Virus record (IMG/VR): IMGVR_UViG_3300042691_038490
Location: 30,860 to 94,859 of that record
Source of the DNA: a virus
Strand: one strand, 5' to 3'
DNA length: 64,000 nt
Positions within the stretch are counted from its first letter, which is position 1, and each line of letters starts with the position of its first letter. A model generated the notes under the pieces. It did not search any database. It saw only the letters and a program-made list of their open reading frames with translations, and had not been told where the DNA came from. Made by a program: the position numbers and the translations under genes. Below, piece by piece: positions 60,991 through 64,000 of this stretch.

Positions 60991-61968
60991 ATGTTTAAAT
61001 ATATTTTAGGCTTTTCTGCTTTTATATTAGCTTCTTGTGCAGCTTTCTTTTCTGTAAAAGGAATAGCGCTTCTTTTTGCTGCAAGTTTCTGGAGTGTTGC
61101 TATTATGGCTGGAAGTCTTGAGTTAGCTAAATTAATATCTGCAAGTTATCTTTATCGTTATTGGAAAGAAACAAACAAGATTCTTAAAAACTATATGTTG
61201 GGCGCAGTTATATTATTGATGAGTATTACTAGTCTTGGTATATTTGGATTCTTATCTGACGCATTTCAACGAAATTTTTCTCAATATAGCCTTAACTTAA
61301 ATAAAATAAATAGTCTTAAAAACCAACAGATATTCATAACCTCTCAAATAGATTTTAATAAAAATAAATTAAAAGATCTTATAGAATTACAAAAGACATA
61401 TCAATTCTCTCTTGATAACGCTGTCAAACAAGATGTAACTACAACAAAAACGACTAGTGGCGGATTATTTTCCTCTGGTAAAACAGAAAAAGTTACAGAT
61501 CAAAAATTATTAGATAGTAAAAATAAAATAGTAGAAAGTTCACAACAAAATATTAATTCTTTATTCACTCAAATATCTACTGTTAGCTCAGATCTTCAAA
61601 ACCAAGAGAAACAAAATTCAGATATCTCTCAAGAGATGATTAAGCTAGAAGCTGATAATACTAAAGGAGAAATTGGAACATTTAAATTTGTAGCAGAAGC
61701 TTTTGGAATGAATATAGAGACTGCTGTTAGGATATTTATCATACTTATAGTAATTGTATTTGATCCTTTAGCTGTTTGTCTTGTTATAGCTTACAACTCA
61801 ATAACAAAAAAACAAGAAAAGGTAGAGCAAAAGCAAATAACTCAAGATCAAAAAATAGAAAAAATTATAGAGAAACCAATCGAAAAACTAAAAGTTATTT
61901 ACCGAGACTTTAAAAGAGGAACAAAAAACCAACATAATCCAGACCTCGCTGATCCTAATATTTCTTGA
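60991..61968 (+). CDS. Membrane protein with coiled-coil region
   Basis: Three N-terminal TMs, ITSLGIFGFLS, coiled coil, IVFDPLAV. Confidence 0.75.
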   Translation: MFKYILGFSAFILASCAAFFSVKGIALLFAASFWSVAIMAGSLELAKLISASYLYRYWKETNKILKNYMLGAVILLMSITSLGIFGFLSDAFQRNFSQYSLNLNKINSLKNQQIFITSQIDFNKNKLKDLIELQKTYQFSLDNAVKQDVTTTKTTSGGLFSSGKTEKVTDQKLLDSKNKIVESSQQNINSLFTQISTVSSDLQNQEKQNSDISQEMIKLEADNTKGEIGTFKFVAEAFGMNIETAVRIFIILIVIVFDPLAVCLVIAYNSITKKQEKVEQKQITQDQKIEKIIEKPIEKLKVIYRDFKRGTKNQHNPDLADPNIS

Positions 61969-62093
61969 TTTTATAATTTTTATTAGATGGATCTATTTTT
62001 AGAATATGAGCTTTAGCTTTAGATAAGCCATCTTTTGAAGGAGGAAAAACTCCATGAAGAAAATTATCAGTCTTACTAAAGACAGCGTAATAC

Positions 62094-62360
62094 TTATGTT
62101 TTAGTTTCTTCTGTTTCTGTACTATTTTTTTGCTCTTCTTGTTTTTCATTTACTAATTTCATTAAATGCTCTTTTAGAGCATCTCTAGCTTTATCACAAA
62201 AATCTTGTCCCATTTGTCCACAGCAATTTTTAAATTTTTTACCACTATGTGGACATATAGTATTTCTAGAAATTTTTGGATATATTCTCACTATTGGACT
62301 AAACTCTGTAGCTCTAGCGTATTCTATAGCTGTTAATTTATCTACGTTTTCTTTATCCAT
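62094..62360 (-). CDS. SEC-C motif protein
   Basis: SRNTICPHSGKKFKNCC. Confidence 0.75.
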   Translation of the reverse strand: MDKENVDKLTAIEYARATEFSPIVRIYPKISRNTICPHSGKKFKNCCGQMGQDFCDKARDALKEHLMKLVNEKQEEQKNSTETEETKT

Positions 62361-62389
62361 AATAGATTATATGTTATTAATAATATAAA

Positions 62390-63508
62390 TCAAATCTTTC
62401 CATGAGCAAAGCCTTCATACATACTATTAGGACTATTTCTTACTGCTTGAATTTTATTAGTCCAAAGTCCACCACGCATATCTTTAAGATCTCTAAATCC
62501 TAAGTAGCTCATAGCACTTCTTAAGCCATTAGCAAAATCATAAACTACATCTTCTAGAGATTTATTTTCTATAATTGGGATTAAGGTGTTGTCTCCTTCT
62601 ACAAAAAGATTCTTTTTCGTACCATCATAGAGTTCATAATCTTCTACAACATCTCTGCTAGCCATACCTCTATATTTAGCAAATCTTTTGCCATCTTTTT
62701 CAACGATATCTTCATCATCAATAACATCATATAATCCAGCAAAAATTCGTCCACAGATAACTGCATCACAACCGCTGGCTATAGCTTTTACTAAATCTTT
62801 AGGATATCTAATTCCACCATCAGTTAAAATACTTGGTCTATTAGATGGATCTGGTTGATTTGAGTCAGAATGAAATAAGTCAACTTGAGATAGCTCCCAA
62901 TTTCTAACAGCTTTCCAAGCATAGTAATTCCCAGTTAGACTTGGACATCCTATGCCCGTTTTTACTTGAGTTAAACACATACTTCCAGGACCAATTAAAT
63001 GTCTGAATCCATCAGCTTTTAGGTTGGCTAATCTATATACGCTTTGTTTTGTTAATGTATTACCAACGATTATATCCTGCCTAAATCCAGCTGTTTTATA
63101 CCATCTAAGAAAATCTTCCACATTTTTTGCTAATCCATTTGCTGTATCAAGAAAATATATATCTGTATATGTACTAGAAGCTCTTATCCTATCGTCAGCA
63201 TCTTTAAGACCAATAGCTGTAACACAGAAATTACTTTGATCCTTAATAAATTTAGCTTTTGTAGCTTGATCTTGAACAGACATAAATCTATGTATAACTC
63301 CCGCCCCACCTAGTTTATTAATCTTAACGCAGGATTTTACAGAAGATACTGTGTCCATTGGAGACAAGATAATTGGTATATTAATCTCAAAATTCTTGGA
63401 AATTTTAGTTTTCGTACTGACTTCTTTTCTGGAGTTAATATCTGAAAAATTTGGTAAAAGTGAAATATCATCGTAACTTAGGGCTTCTTTAAATTCTTGT
63501 TTTTGCAT
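62390..63508 (-). CDS. guaB: IMP dehydrogenase/GMP reductase family (no CBS domains)
   Basis: LSYDD, SPMDTV, IGPGSMCLT, DGGI, YRGMAS, GLRSAMSY. Confidence 0.88.
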   Translation of the reverse strand: MQKQEFKEALSYDDISLLPNFSDINSRKEVSTKTKISKNFEINIPIILSPMDTVSSVKSCVKINKLGGAGVIHRFMSVQDQATKAKFIKDQSNFCVTAIGLKDADDRIRASSTYTDIYFLDTANGLAKNVEDFLRWYKTAGFRQDIIVGNTLTKQSVYRLANLKADGFRHLIGPGSMCLTQVKTGIGCPSLTGNYYAWKAVRNWELSQVDLFHSDSNQPDPSNRPSILTDGGIRYPKDLVKAIASGCDAVICGRIFAGLYDVIDDEDIVEKDGKRFAKYRGMASRDVVEDYELYDGTKKNLFVEGDNTLIPIIENKSLEDVVYDFANGLRSAMSYLGFRDLKDMRGGLWTNKIQAVRNSPNSMYEGFAHGKI

Positions 63509-63650
63509 TTGACTATATTAGTAATTTTTTTAAAAAAAATCAAGCCAAATCTTGACTATGATATAAAAAACTTATATAATCACTAAATGATTCAAACATT
63601 CATATGCGTTTTACTTGGTCTTGTGCTATTAATGTATTGGCAATATAAAG

Positions 63651-64000
63651 ATGCAAAATAATAGAATTTCATTTATCGAAGCTGCTATGTTAACTGCCAC
63701 TATATGGTCTCATAGATCTGAGGATTTACATAAAAAAGTTGGAGCATGTATCCTGAATGAGGAGGGCAGAGTATTGTCTGTTGGTTATAACGGTCTAACT
63801 TCAAAATTGAATAAAGATATTTCATTTTGGGAAAATAGAGATAATAGACGAGACTATGTAGTGCATGCAGAAGTTAATGCTTTAGCACTAATAAAAAAAC
63901 AAGATAATCCATACTTAATTGCTACTACTCTTTTACCATGCTCTCATTGTGCAACTAATATAGCTTGCTATAATATTAAAAAGTAGTATATACTGAAGAG
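63651..64000 (+). CDS. dCMP deaminase (apparent frameshift near the 3' end)
   Basis: RSED..KVGA, GYNG, HAEVNA, PCSHC; the -1 frame continues KKVVYTEE. Confidence 0.88.

Noticed and set aside
63984-63986. Stop-codon recoding (TAG read-through)
   Set aside because: Conserved genes are intact in code 11 and no suppressor tRNA was seen; a frameshift explains this stop better

Overview
This window reads as part of a large, AT-rich tailed-phage genome in the standard genetic code. It carries T4-like rIIA/rIIB, DNA ligase, PhoH, Hsp20 and nine tRNAs. PEP-CTERM proteins, a DUF4032-like gene and a 3D-domain gene suggest a Verrucomicrobiota/PVC host (inference). Four zones are visible. (1) 1-11.8 kb: putative late/structural and host-surface genes, mostly preceded by a GTGTAA motif 8-12 nt before the start codon, including three tandem PEP-CTERM genes. 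(2) 11.8-12.2 kb: a non-coding junction that may be a genome terminus. (3) 12.2-23.3 kb: a more GC-rich early/anti-defence region (ArdC, GP88, DUF932, DUF3846, SleB-like, DksA-like, six tRNAs). It is punctuated by ten copies of a 73-bp element made of two 25-bp IHF-like palindromes separated by exactly 23 GC-rich bp; this is the strongest candidate for an undescribed system. (4) 23.3-64 kb: many small genes on near-leaderless sigma70 promoters, DNA repair/recombination genes, glycosyltransferases, purA/guaB/dCMP deaminase, a large structured ncRNA candidate and a 35-bp-period repeat array. All protein calls come from motif recognition by eye, with no database searches.
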